The translations under genes were made by a program, and so were the position numbers. DNA of 64,000 bases, taken from a virus. The notes beneath the pieces are model-generated. The model searched no databases and was not told the DNA's origin. It saw only the letters and a program-made list of their open reading frames with translations. The stretch is taken from positions 12,032 through 76,031 of the IMG/VR virus record IMGVR_UViG_3300006028_000003; one strand, written 5' to 3'. Of the stretch, positions 28,309 through 37,403 are shown piece by piece. How positions within the stretch are numbered: position 1 is the stretch's first letter; the number at the start of each line of letters is the position of its first letter.

Positions 28309-31300
28309 TGACTGTCCAACGCCGCTTTGATCTCTGCGCGTACGGCTGCCCACCGCCTTACGTTATCGGCCTCGCTCCGTTCCGCTTCGCCCGCCTGCTC
28401 TTCAAGGCGCTCCGCGGTCCAGGAAAGGATGCGAACGCACTCGTAGAGAGCCTCTTCGAGCGTACGCCCGACTCCGGTTTCAACGCTTTGCGATGTGGCC
28501 GGTCGAAACTCTACCGAGATGAGGCGCTCGCCCGCCTTGAATCGTTCCGGCAAGCCCTCGCCGGAGTAGGTGAAGCGCTCGACGATGAAACGAGGCTGGC
28601 GGTTCATGTCGACGTACGCCAGGTCAAGAACCAAGTTTATCAATTTGTCGGTTTTGGTCATGCCCTTATGCCCTCACCTTGATCGCCTCGAAGATCCGTT
28701 TCGCTTCCAACCCAAGAGAAGTAATTCTCGCATGGCAAACGTTTTCCGGATCACACGCGCAGTCGTAGATCTCGACGAGGCCTCGCTCTTGAAGCCCGGT
28801 CAGGATCTGGGTCACCGCGAAGGGAAAATGGAAAGCCGCCTCACAAGCGGAGGAGCAAACGTCACCGACGGCGGTCGAGAGGGCCCAGTATTCGGAGGAG
28901 GTGAGGCCTTTCATTCTTCCTCTTTGAGCTCGGCGGCTAATTGGAGTAGCTCTTGATCAAGTCGATGCCGCTCCTTGAGCCAACTTTGGGCCGACTCCTT
29001 GCTTGTAGCCCTACCGATCCTTCGGTCTGCATCCTCCCGAGCGCGCTCAAGTAAAGCCTTCTGCTCCTCGTAGCTGCTAGGCCCTGGCTTCATCAACCGA
29101 TCCGCAAACCAGAGGCCCCCGAGTGTTACCGCGGTGACGCTCGCGAAGAGCCCAATGATGATGGTCTCGAAGATCATGGCCTCAGGCCTTCCATCATCTT
29201 GTAGATCGCCATCGCCGCGATGACGACGAGGGCAAACGTAGCGACGACGGCGAAGATGGGATCTTCCTTCATTTGGTCTCGGCTGGGAGCTCAGGTAGCC
29301 CCTTTGCTCGGCGTAGTAAGTTCAATTGGTTATTGTCCAGGGAGATCACCGGCCAACCATCGCCTTCGCCGTAGTACTCCTGCCCGCAGCCTGGGCAGGT
29401 CTCAGTGTTGCCGTACCCAGGCTCTCCGATCGGTGCCCTACATAAATCGCAGGTGCTCATTCGGGTTCGATCTCTTCGAGCCACCAAGACACCCGTTGCC
29501 AGATGCGGCGAAGGGCTCGGCGCAAAAGGTTCGGCTTCTTGTAGACGTGCGGGGGCGCCAGTACGGTCATGCAACCGGTCTCGGGATTGTACCACTTGAG
29601 CGATCCATCTTCGGCGACGTAAAGACTTCCGCGTTTTTCAACGTGAGGGTTCATAGCTCTTCCCAGTCTGCGATCGTGTAACTTGGCTTGTAGTCGGTCA
29701 AGTCTCTCTCGCGTCTCGGTTGTTTCTTGCGGCCTCGGCGGCACCATTCGCCATCGCAGTTGCCGCACCTTTCCACGAGCGGCCCTAGGACCACGATGGC
29801 CCCCGCGTGATCCTTTAGCGATATGCCGCAGAGCGTCGTCGGCGAGCGGTGAGGAACCGCGTGGGCCTTGTCGCCTTGATGGGTGCGGATCCATCTCATG
29901 GCTTCTCGCTTGGTAATTCCCATCTCTGATCCGCAATCTTGATGGCCCCGCAACACGCGCACCACACAATCCTCCGGGTCGCGGAAACCAAGACCGGTGA
30001 GTGTTGATGCTGCGCCGCATCGTTGGCGGCCTTCAGCTTTTGGGTTGACTCCCAGGGGGTCATCGTTGTTTCTCGCTGACGTAAAAGAGCTTCTCGGCCG
30101 TGATCGGCGGAACGTGCTCGCCTTCGTAGGCCAGGAACGTTCCTGCCTTCCCAGCCCACCCGGTATCCCGGGCTGCGAACGGCAAATTGAAGAACCTCCG
30201 TGCGGCTAGGTAAGCGGCCCCGACGAAGGAAGTTGATTCAACGGTCCCCAGCAACCGGCCGATCGAGGTCTTCTTGCGGATCTCGTAGATCACCTGGGCT
30301 CCTTTAGCATCCGCTCTGCTTCAGCGGCAGCTTTGAAGTACGTCTCATCGGAGACGAAGCTGAGGTCGGCGTAGGCACTAACGGAATAGCCTAGGAGCTG
30401 CCAAAACTGTTCTAGGTCATCGACGTCGAATTGGTAGACCATAATATCGTTGAGGTTGATTCGCTTCGTCTCGAAGAGCCATTCTACAACGGCGTTGGCC
30501 TGAAACCTTACGACTCCCTCGGCGTCGAACACAAGCGGCTGCATCGGTTGCTTTACCGCGGGTTTGAGGGGTTTCATTCCGTCGCCCCCTTGACCGACCG
30601 AAGCCTCCGCTCTGCCTGCACCCGCGCTTCAGCGAGCGCCGCGTTGAGCTCGAAGGCCGCGAGATGGTAGGGCCTCGGATCCTTCCCTTCGGAGCGAGCG
30701 AACTTGACGGCTTCAATTACAAGCCGCTCCTTAGCTTTTTCGATTCGTTTGGTCACGGCGATACCTCCTCGACGGTTCCCCCGACAAGTTTTGCAAGAAG
30801 CTCGAACCGGGGCCGATCGTTGGGTTGGCACACCAAGCAAACATGCTCGTCACTTCCCCAGTCAGCCCTTTGCCCGAGGAGGCGATCCCACCAAAAGCCT
30901 TTGAGAAAAAGGCCGACGTTGTTTTTGATCACAATCATGACGGTAAAACTCCTCCTCGTAGCCAGGCGACGACAATCGCGCCCCTCAACATTTCGACGTG
31001 GCCCCCGCCGCGGCATTCAAAGAGAAAGCTCTTCCAAGCCTCTTCCTCGGTGAGGCCGGAGCCAACGAAGCTCCCTCGGCGTCGGATTGAGAAGTCGCCG
31101 GAGGAGAGGGGCTTGGGGGCTTTGATGGGGTTGGGGTTCATAGGTACGGGCCTTGGAGGGGATCATTTAGGGCGGCAAGGGCTGATTCGCATTCGTCTTG
31201 TTGTAAGGCCTCGCCGAGGGCCCCGACGATCTCTTTGCGCGGGTGCTTCCAAGGCCACCGCGGCTCTCGGACCTTTGCGACGGCCGGCGCCCTGAAGGTC

Positions 31301-32116
31301 TTCCACGTCGCCTCGCGGGCCTTCTTACGAGCCCGCTGAAACCTTCTCCGTCTCCACTTCATTGCTTCTTCTCCTTCTTGTCGAGCGCCTCATTGTAGAG
31401 GCCGATAATCTGGGCCCAGACCAGCGCGTCAACGGCTAGGCCCATTTCTACGTATTTGGTGATTACTCTCTGGGCCCATTCGCGAAAGTTTGTTTCGTTG
31501 AGATCCGCCATCATTTTCTCCTCGGTTTGACCGTCTCAGTATCGCTAGCTCTTCGTTCCGCCGGAGGCGCTTCCCAACTTTTCCCGGTGGAACAACTTTC
31601 ATCGGCGGCGATAATGAGGGCGCTCGGCTCAGGGGTTGGCAAAAACCGGCGCCGTCGGAGCTTGGGGCCGTCGGGGGCCGGCGGTAGGATGGTGGCCCGA
31701 CGTTTCATAGCTTGAGCCTCTTCGCCCTGATGACCTCGCCCAACGTCGCGAGGGTCTTCTGGTCAACCTTTCGACGTCGGGCTGACAGCTTCGCGGCTTG
31801 TTCGCGTCGACACACGCCGCAGACGAGGAAACCCTCGAACGTTGAGAAGCCGCCGATGGGATCGTCAGCGTCGCAGCATTCGCAGGTCGCGGGGCCGGCG
31901 GGGGAGGGCTTGCGCTTCATCGAGGCCCCGTACGCCCAACAGTGCCGTATTTGCTTGCCTCTAGTGCCGGCCTGTCAAGATGCTCCTCGATAATCTTAGC
32001 GAGCTCCTCAAGAGCATCGGCGAGGAGCCCGATTGTATGGTCAAACCGAAGGATTCGAGGCTCCGGGTCGAGCTGCTTCTTGACTTCGGCAATCTTCACC
32101 CTGACTTCCGCGAGGC

Positions 32117-32482
32117 TCATCGCTTCCCCCTAAGCTTCCGGGGCGAACACCCCTTGCACTTTGCCATCGCTCGTTTCACTTGTCGGATCTCCTTATCGAG
32201 TTGCTTGATGATCTCTCGAGGGTCGCGCCAGTCGTTGATCCATTCTTCGTCGGCTTTGATTCGTTCGAGTGCGTCGAGCGCCGGGTGAAGCGGCGGCCCC
32301 CCGAGGATATCGGTCCCATGCGAGAGCAGCAAAACTTGAATCGCTGCCCTCGCGTTAGCGTAATGGTAGCTTGCGGCTCGGTTTGCCTTGCGTTTGATGG
32401 CCGTCTCGATATGGCGGCTCAACACCGCGACCATATCGCTCGCCGAGTCGTTGGAGAATGGCCCCACACCCCAGGCGCCCAT
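32117..32482 (-). CDS. DUF4259-like protein
   Basis: MGAWGVGPFSNDSASD N-terminus; late W...W. Confidence 0.75.
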   Translation of the reverse strand: MGAWGVGPFSNDSASDMVAVLSRHIETAIKRKANRAASYHYANARAAIQVLLLSHGTDILGGPPLHPALDALERIKADEEWINDWRDPREIIKQLDKEIRQVKRAMAKCKGCSPRKLRGKR

Positions 32483-32807
32483 CAGAGTCCAATCCCCCTA
32501 AGCGTATCCCTCCGCGGCATCTCTTCCTCTTCCTCTTCCCGATCCGAAGCCGCCAAGAACTTCTGGTCCCCGAGCAATGCCGCTAGGGCCTTCTCCGCAC
32601 GGGCGGCCAATTCCGGCCCGCCTCGTTGGACCAATCGGCCGAGGGCCCCAACGGCGACGCTCCAATCGTTGGGAGGGCATTCCTCCACCTGTTTGAGATC
32701 TAGGATCTCATACTTCGTTCGGAGGTCGGAAACTTGGGCCTCGGTCCGAGGGAGCTGTAGATTGACCAGGCCGATGCCGGGGGCGTTGATGGTAACGTGG
32801 AACTTTT

Positions 32808-33143
32808 TCATAGAGAAACCTTGGGGCGTTGGATGTTCTGGGCCTGCCAATAGGACTTTGGGAAGACGACGGGGGCCCCCAGCACGACACTGGTGACGAT
32901 CCAGTCATGATCGTTTTCTTGGATGAGATTAGCGACGTGAACCGGCCAATCTTGGCCCTTCGGTGTGAGCGCAATCGTCGCCGGGCCTTGCTTAGGCTCT
33001 CGCCCCACCCGCGCAACCCATGCCTTGATCGTTGAGGCGGTAACCCCAAACCGTTGCGCAATGTCGGAAAGCTCCTTCTTCTGATCGACTCGAAGCGAGT
33101 AGGCCTCGCGCATACGGTGGGTGGCCTTGCCGATGGGTTTCAT
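32808..33143 (-). CDS. Helix-turn-helix DNA-binding protein
   Basis: LSDIAQRFGVTASTIKAWV. Confidence 0.75.
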   Translation of the reverse strand: MKPIGKATHRMREAYSLRVDQKKELSDIAQRFGVTASTIKAWVARVGREPKQGPATIALTPKGQDWPVHVANLIQENDHDWIVTSVVLGAPVVFPKSYWQAQNIQRPKVSL

Positions 33144-33610
33144 GGCCCCTCGCTTGTGCTTTGCGGCAACAATCGGTTGCCGGGTGTAGCCATCATCTCC
33201 GAGACAGTCTGGCCATTAGATAGCACCAGATCGGCCATAAACTCCCGTTGAGCGCTACTCAACCCAAGCCGGACAATCTCGAGCTTGCTCTTGACGACGA
33301 GGATCAAGGCCCGCCAGCGTTGGCGAGAGGCCTGCTCCCATTGCCTGTAGCGCCATTGGGCTCGTTTCGTTTCGGCCCAGCCGTGCCAGCCCCGGGGGGC
33401 ATCTCCGCTCTTGGGAAAGTCACTCGGCTTCGGCAAAGGCACACTCAACCGATACTTGCCACCCCCAAGCGCGAAGGCGACGATGGCCTGCCCTTGCTGA
33501 TCATCCGAGACGATGCCCCGGCTATTGGCCCCCGCCTTCCCGAGCAGGGTGTCGAGCTCGGCTTTGCTCCGCTCGACGGAGACGGAAGTGTTTTCGGCGA
33601 AGGCTTTCAT
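33140..33610 (-). CDS. Phage-type hypothetical protein
   Basis: AENTSVSVERSKAEL..LL...GA; WEQA.RQRWRAL.LVVK.KLE; EFM...VL.NGQTV.E. Confidence 0.7.
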   Translation of the reverse strand: MKAFAENTSVSVERSKAELDTLLGKAGANSRGIVSDDQQGQAIVAFALGGGKYRLSVPLPKPSDFPKSGDAPRGWHGWAETKRAQWRYRQWEQASRQRWRALILVVKSKLEIVRLGLSSAQREFMADLVLSNGQTVSEMMATPGNRLLPQSTSEGP

Positions 33611-33958
33611 GGGGTCTCGTTGACTTTGGCAAAGAAGGCGATGCAATCAAACTCAATCGTCGGCCGCTCATCTTCCGGGGCAAAATAGGCCTCGATATCA
33701 GCTTCGGTGAGCTCGACAGGTTGGGTGTCGCGGGGACGGGGCGGAGCCTTGGGGAAGTTCATGATCGCACCTTGGCCCCGGCGTGGAGCGTTTCGCCCGT
33801 CGTTACCCATTCTTGACCGGTCCACCGTTCGATCGGCGCCATCGGTCGGTTCAAGCGGGCCAATTCGGCCGCCGCTTGTTTGGTCTGACGCGGACTATTG
33901 ACGCGAAACAGGCGCCCTGCGATGAGAACGTATAGGCCCCGCACTTTAGGTTGGAAGA

Positions 33959-34369
33959 TCATGATCGTTTCTCCGCGCGCCAGCTCAGGATCACCCGTTC
34001 GCACTGCTCCCACGCGTCGACGTCTCGCCCGACAAGGCGCAACGCCCGATCGCAGATCTCGACCTGCGCTAAGTCGCCAGCCTGACCGGCGGCCGTGCGG
34101 AGCGACTCCACATCAGCGTCGGTCACAGCGATCGGATCGTCGCTATCCGGGTAGCTACGCCCAGCCGGTAGCGCCGTTCCGTAGGCTGCGCGCAGGGGGT
34201 GAGCGTAACCGCGCTCTCCGTTGCGCGTGCTGTCCAGATTGGCGGGCGTCGTATCCCAATCGACCTCCCAGCCGTCAGGGCACGCCGCGTCGACTTCGCC
34301 CGCGTCGACGTCGCCCCACACCTTGACGCGCGGTCCGACAGCGCCGTCGATCTCAAATTCGATGGACAT
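33959..34369 (-). CDS. Hypothetical acidic protein
   Basis: AAGGAGGA RBS; C-terminal TDADVESLRTAAGQAGDLAQVEICDRAL. Confidence 0.7.
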   Translation of the reverse strand: MSIEFEIDGAVGPRVKVWGDVDAGEVDAACPDGWEVDWDTTPANLDSTRNGERGYAHPLRAAYGTALPAGRSYPDSDDPIAVTDADVESLRTAAGQAGDLAQVEICDRALRLVGRDVDAWEQCERVILSWRAEKRS

Positions 34370-34444
34370 CGTCTCATCCTCCTTCGTGCCCATATCCAAG
34401 AGTACGTCACTTCCGCGCGAAGCTTTAGTCGCGAAGATTCTTTT

Positions 34445-34663
34445 TTAGTCTGTAGAGTACTGCTCCGACACCATAGCAATCTGCCGCCTGCCAGCCGACG
34501 TAAGACCGATTCTCACCCAGCCGTTGCCGATCGGCGTCCGATAGAGCCAGCCAGCGGTAAGGCAAGACTCGATGTCGTCGTCCAAGCGCTGCCCCTCAAG
34601 CCGCTCGATCGGCCATTCATACGAGAGCGTGAGCGTATCCCAGCGCGGATCGAATTCTGCCAT
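34445..34663 (-). CDS. Small winged-helix-like protein
   Basis: AAGGGAG RBS; L.AGWL...IGLTSAGR; preceded by motif copy 1. Confidence 0.6.
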   Translation of the reverse strand: MAEFDPRWDTLTLSYEWPIERLEGQRLDDDIESCLTAGWLYRTPIGNGWVRIGLTSAGRRQIAMVSEQYSTD

Positions 34664-34701
34664 CGTCGTCTCCCTTGTTTGGCTTCCGCCTTCGATGCCT
34701 C

Positions 34702-34732
34702 GTTTGACGGAGGCATCGACGGCGATATTCAA
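34702..34732 (-). promoter_or_regulatory. Repeated ECF-like promoter motif, copy 1
   Basis: TTGAATATCG-N13-CGTCAAAC; CGTCAAAC is the loop of a 10-bp stem (34692-34719). Confidence 0.7.
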
Positions 34733-35328
34733 ACAACGGGGGGCATACCCGAAAGTTTTCGCATGAGGTTTTTCGCCGTATCGAAGGGACCACTGTTCAG
34801 GGCCGCGTCGAGGTCCCCTCGTCCGTACTCGGCAGCCGTCGAGCCAAGCCTATTGACTGGTCGGGCGAGACGTTCCGCGAGTAGGGCCGCGTCCTTCATG
34901 CAGGTTTCGGCGTAGCGCCGCGCATCGGCTCGAACGCGTGAGGGGTAGTTATCGCCGCCGAACGAATTGAGCGGCTCGACGGCTCCGTAAGAGACGCAAG
35001 CCTCGACGATGGCGAGCATGTGGCCCTCGGAGTCTTTCGCGGCAATGAGGTCGCCCGAGTCACTCACGATGCCTTCAACCGTCATCCGCGACCCGACGCA
35101 CGCGAGGGCTGACTTGATCCGATCGATCGGCAAGGTCGAGAGATTGACCCGCTTGACCTCACACACATATTGGGCTTGCCTGTCCGCCTTGCAGTCCTCT
35201 TCGCCGCAAGCATCCCACATGTTCGTGAAGTCAAGCACGTACCAAGAGCCGTCCTTGGCGCGCCGTGCCCACTTGCCCCCGTAGTCGCCCCAATTGACGT
35301 CTGAGCCGATGTCCGTCCAACCGCGCAT
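34729..35328 (-). CDS. Hypothetical protein (199 aa)
   Basis: AAAGGCGG RBS; its TGA lies inside motif copy 1. Confidence 0.75.
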   Translation of the reverse strand: MRGWTDIGSDVNWGDYGGKWARRAKDGSWYVLDFTNMWDACGEEDCKADRQAQYVCEVKRVNLSTLPIDRIKSALACVGSRMTVEGIVSDSGDLIAAKDSEGHMLAIVEACVSYGAVEPLNSFGGDNYPSRVRADARRYAETCMKDAALLAERLARPVNRLGSTAAEYGRGDLDAALNSGPFDTAKNLMRKLSGMPPVV

Positions 35329-35356
35329 GATGATCCGCCTTTCTTGCTTGAAGTCT

Positions 35357-35389
35357 CTGTTTGACGAGCCGCCTCGCCCGATTATTCAA
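35357..35389 (-). promoter_or_regulatory. Repeated ECF-like promoter motif, copy 2
   Basis: TTGAATAATCG-N12-CGTCAAACAG. Confidence 0.75.
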
Positions 35390-35463
35390 CGTCGCCCGAT
35401 CGCCAGCGTCGCCGGAACGATGGCAAGCGCGAAGGCGAGGAGCGGGACCCACATGAGAATCAT
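35386..35463 (-). CDS. 25-aa single-TM peptide
   Basis: MILMWVPLLAFALAIVPATLAIGRR; ATG overlaps the upstream TGA; stop lies in motif copy 2. Confidence 0.5.
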   Translation of the reverse strand: MILMWVPLLAFALAIVPATLAIGRR

Positions 35464-35699
35464 GCGTCTACCGCTTGCGCTACTAGCGCCCGAGCCGCGT
35501 CATGGTCGAAGCCGAAGGCACGTGCCTCGCGTTCCGCGACGTTCACCCACCCACTCATCGCCTCGACGGCCGCGTACATGCCGCGCCCGTAGGCGCTAGC
35601 GTCGTAGTGTTCGTGGTGGGAGATTGCCTCCCAGGTCATGCCGAACCGCCAAAGTTGAATGGCGAAGGCGAATCCCGCCTCAAAGTTGTCGGGGGTCAT
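35460..35699 (-). CDS. Small hypothetical protein
   Basis: MTPDNFEAGF..., ATGA-coupled. Confidence 0.55.
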   Translation of the reverse strand: MTPDNFEAGFAFAIQLWRFGMTWEAISHHEHYDASAYGRGMYAAVEAMSGWVNVAEREARAFGFDHDAARALVAQAVDA

Positions 35700-35926
35700 G
35701 CGCCCCCCGCGGCAAGAAACGCGGCAACGGCCGCTGAGGCCTGCGCCAACGTCGCGTAACTGCCGTTGGCCGTCGGGTGCTCGATGCGGCTCGTGGCGCC
35801 CCCCGCGACAAGAGGGCGCCCGATTGAGAGGCCTCCCCCACGAACCCACATGATGTTGAGGCTAGTTCCAGGGACCGCGAAAACGACCGCGGCAGGGTTT
35901 CGGTAGACTATCTTGGGCTTGGCCAT
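35696..35926 (-). CDS. Small hypothetical protein
   Basis: GAGG RBS, MAKPKIVY...; preceded by motif copy 3. Confidence 0.6.
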   Translation of the reverse strand: MAKPKIVYRNPAAVVFAVPGTSLNIMWVRGGGLSIGRPLVAGGATSRIEHPTANGSYATLAQASAAVAAFLAAGGA

Positions 35927-35947
35927 CGTCCGCCTCTCTTTCTTGCC

Positions 35948-35980
35948 CTGTTTGACGCCTCCCCCACCCGATTCATTCAA
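35948..35980 (-). promoter_or_regulatory. Repeated ECF-like promoter motif, copy 3
   Basis: TTGAATGAATCG-N11-CGTCAAACAG. Confidence 0.78.
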
Positions 35981-36032
35981 CCCCCCCGATTCTTTTTTCT
36001 GGCCCCTACATGGGGGCCGGGAGAAAAAAGTG

Positions 36033-36064
36033 TTGAATGAATCGACGGCCCCCACGTCAAACAG
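36033..36064 (+). promoter_or_regulatory. Repeated ECF-like promoter motif, copy 4
   Basis: TTGAATGAATCG-N10-CGTCAAACAG; A6 tract just upstream. Confidence 0.78.
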
Positions 36065-36081
36065 GCACAAGGGAGACGATC

Positions 36082-36426
36082 ATGACGACTTTTTCGAGCT
36101 CGACTCAAGTTCAGGCCGATGGCGCGCGCGTCGAAACGGGCGTTGTCCACCATGAAGGGAAGGCCTTCGCCGCCCTCGGTTCCGTCGTCGACGTCGCGTC
36201 GGGCCTCGTCAACGCCTACGTCTCTGAGAATGGGGGCGTCTACACCCTGACGACGTGGGAGGGTACCCCGATCGCCCCTCTCATCTTGACGGGCAAGTGG
36301 CAACAGTGGGGTCTCGGAGGCGTCCGAAACACGATCTGGGCTTGGCGCGCGACCGTCGACGGGGTCAGGTTCAGCGGTCGGAACTCCGGCCCGGGCATGT
36401 TCATCCGGATGCGCGCCAAGGTTTGA
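36082..36426 (+). CDS. Hypothetical beta-rich protein
   Basis: AAGGGAG RBS; its TGA lies inside motif copy 5. Confidence 0.72.
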   Translation: MTTFSSSTQVQADGARVETGVVHHEGKAFAALGSVVDVASGLVNAYVSENGGVYTLTTWEGTPIAPLILTGKWQQWGLGGVRNTIWAWRATVDGVRFSGRNSGPGMFIRMRAKV

Positions 36427-36454
36427 ATGAATCGCGCCCCCGCGCGTCAAACAG
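36423..36454 (+). promoter_or_regulatory. Repeated ECF-like promoter motif, copy 5
   Basis: TTGAATGAATCG-N10-CGTCAAACAG. Confidence 0.78.
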
Positions 36455-36474
36455 AGGGAAGGGAGAGAACGACG

Positions 36475-36843
36475 ATGGCATCGAAACGAGGCTTGCAGGT
36501 GCGGCCCCCCGTGGGGTCGAAGGTGCGACTGACCGGCTACTTTCTCAAGTCGACGGGTCAGATCAAAGGGGAGGAAGGGGCCAAGCGCTGGACTGTCGTT
36601 GACTGCGGATACGACTGCCTTTGCGGTCTCGGAGGCCACGTCGGAGTGAACGAGCCGACCGACACGTCAACGGGGTACGATGACATCGCCCCCGAAGTGC
36701 GCGCGAAGATGGTGCGCCACATCGCGCTCGGTAACTTGGAACTCGTCGGTGCGCCGCCTAAGGCAGCCGATCAGGGTGACGCCATGGGCCCAATCAAGTT
36801 GCCGCTCGGACATCCGGACGATCCGCCGAGGGCCCGTCGATGA
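36475..36843 (+). CDS. Hypothetical SH3-like protein
   Basis: GGGAG RBS; VGSKVRL...WTVV...RHIA..NLE. Confidence 0.65.
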   Translation: MASKRGLQVRPPVGSKVRLTGYFLKSTGQIKGEEGAKRWTVVDCGYDCLCGLGGHVGVNEPTDTSTGYDDIAPEVRAKMVRHIALGNLELVGAPPKAADQGDAMGPIKLPLGHPDDPPRARR

Positions 36844-36998
36844 TCCTCGATGAGCTCTGTCCCGAATGTCACGGCCGTCCGTCACTCGCTCTAGTGCGAC
36901 GGACCCACAACACCCGCAAGTGACTCGAATGCGGCCACTGTTGGAACGAAGAGAGGCAAGAGCCGATGTTGGATCGAAAAGGATGGGTGAGACGATGA
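36840..36998 (+). pseudogene. Zn-ribbon micro-gene with in-frame TGA at a Cys position (nonsense or recoded)
   Basis: MILDELCPECHGRPSLALVRRTHNTRK-TGA(36921)-LECGHCWNEERQEPMLDRKGWVRR; ATGA overlaps at both ends. Confidence 0.6.
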
Positions 36999-37222
36999 GC
37001 CAAGACGACGTCACGGAAGCCCTCCGAGATTGGGATGCCCGTTTCTGGGAAGCGACCGAGACGCGTTGCTATGACCGCATGTCGCCTTTGCAGGCGCGGG
37101 AGCTACGAGAACAGCGAATCACCTACGGCACTGGCCCCACTGGGCTAACCGGCGCGACCTGTAGCACCTGCGGAGCTTTGCTAGGGCCGACCCCCAAGAG
37201 CCCTCCAAAACCGCCCCGCTAA
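36995..37222 (+). CDS. Small hypothetical protein with CSTC
   Basis: MSQDDVTEAL..., ATGA-coupled. Confidence 0.55.
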   Translation: MSQDDVTEALRDWDARFWEATETRCYDRMSPLQARELREQRITYGTGPTGLTGATCSTCGALLGPTPKSPPKPPR

Positions 37223-37270
37223 CCCCCCTTCTCCCCACCGCGCAACGCCGCAAAGCCCTTGCAATGAGCT

Positions 37271-37385
37271 AAGGCCTCCCGAGGGGCCTACCCCTTCTAA
37301 AGCGAGGCCTGGCCTGAGGGCCTAGACCCCAGACCCGAGGCCTTTGACGGCCCCCGACCGAGGCCTTAGGTTTCGGGCCTAGGCC
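37271..37385. repeat. GGCCT-rich cluster upstream of the integrase
   Basis: GGCCT at 37273, 37285, 37306, 37311, 37319, 37339, 37362, 37376; CCGAGGCCTT at 37335 and 37358; palindrome GGCCTAGGCC 37376-37385. Confidence 0.6.
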
Positions 37386-37403
37386 GAACTATGGGCGGTG
37401 CAC

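Larger units (their letters stand above)
28305..33963 (-). other. Array of about 25 coupled small ORFs (40-160 aa), many Cys-rich or single-TM
   Basis: e.g. 28305..28661, 28666..28914, 28911..29177, 29269..29460, 29457..29654, 29651..29923, 30060..30293, 30290..30577, 30935..31141, 31138..31362, 31511..31708, 31705..31920, 31917..32120; chained by ATGA overlaps. Confidence 0.75.

Noticed and set aside
35992-36030. Bidirectional Rho-independent terminator
   Set aside because: T tracts lie 5' of the stem on both strands, and the flanking genes diverge.
34692-36454. Five-copy motif as a CRISPR mini-array or integron attC sites
   Set aside because: Copies are separated by whole genes, occur on both strands and lack the RYYYAAC...GTTRRRY attC structure. 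Fixed two-box spacing fits a promoter better.
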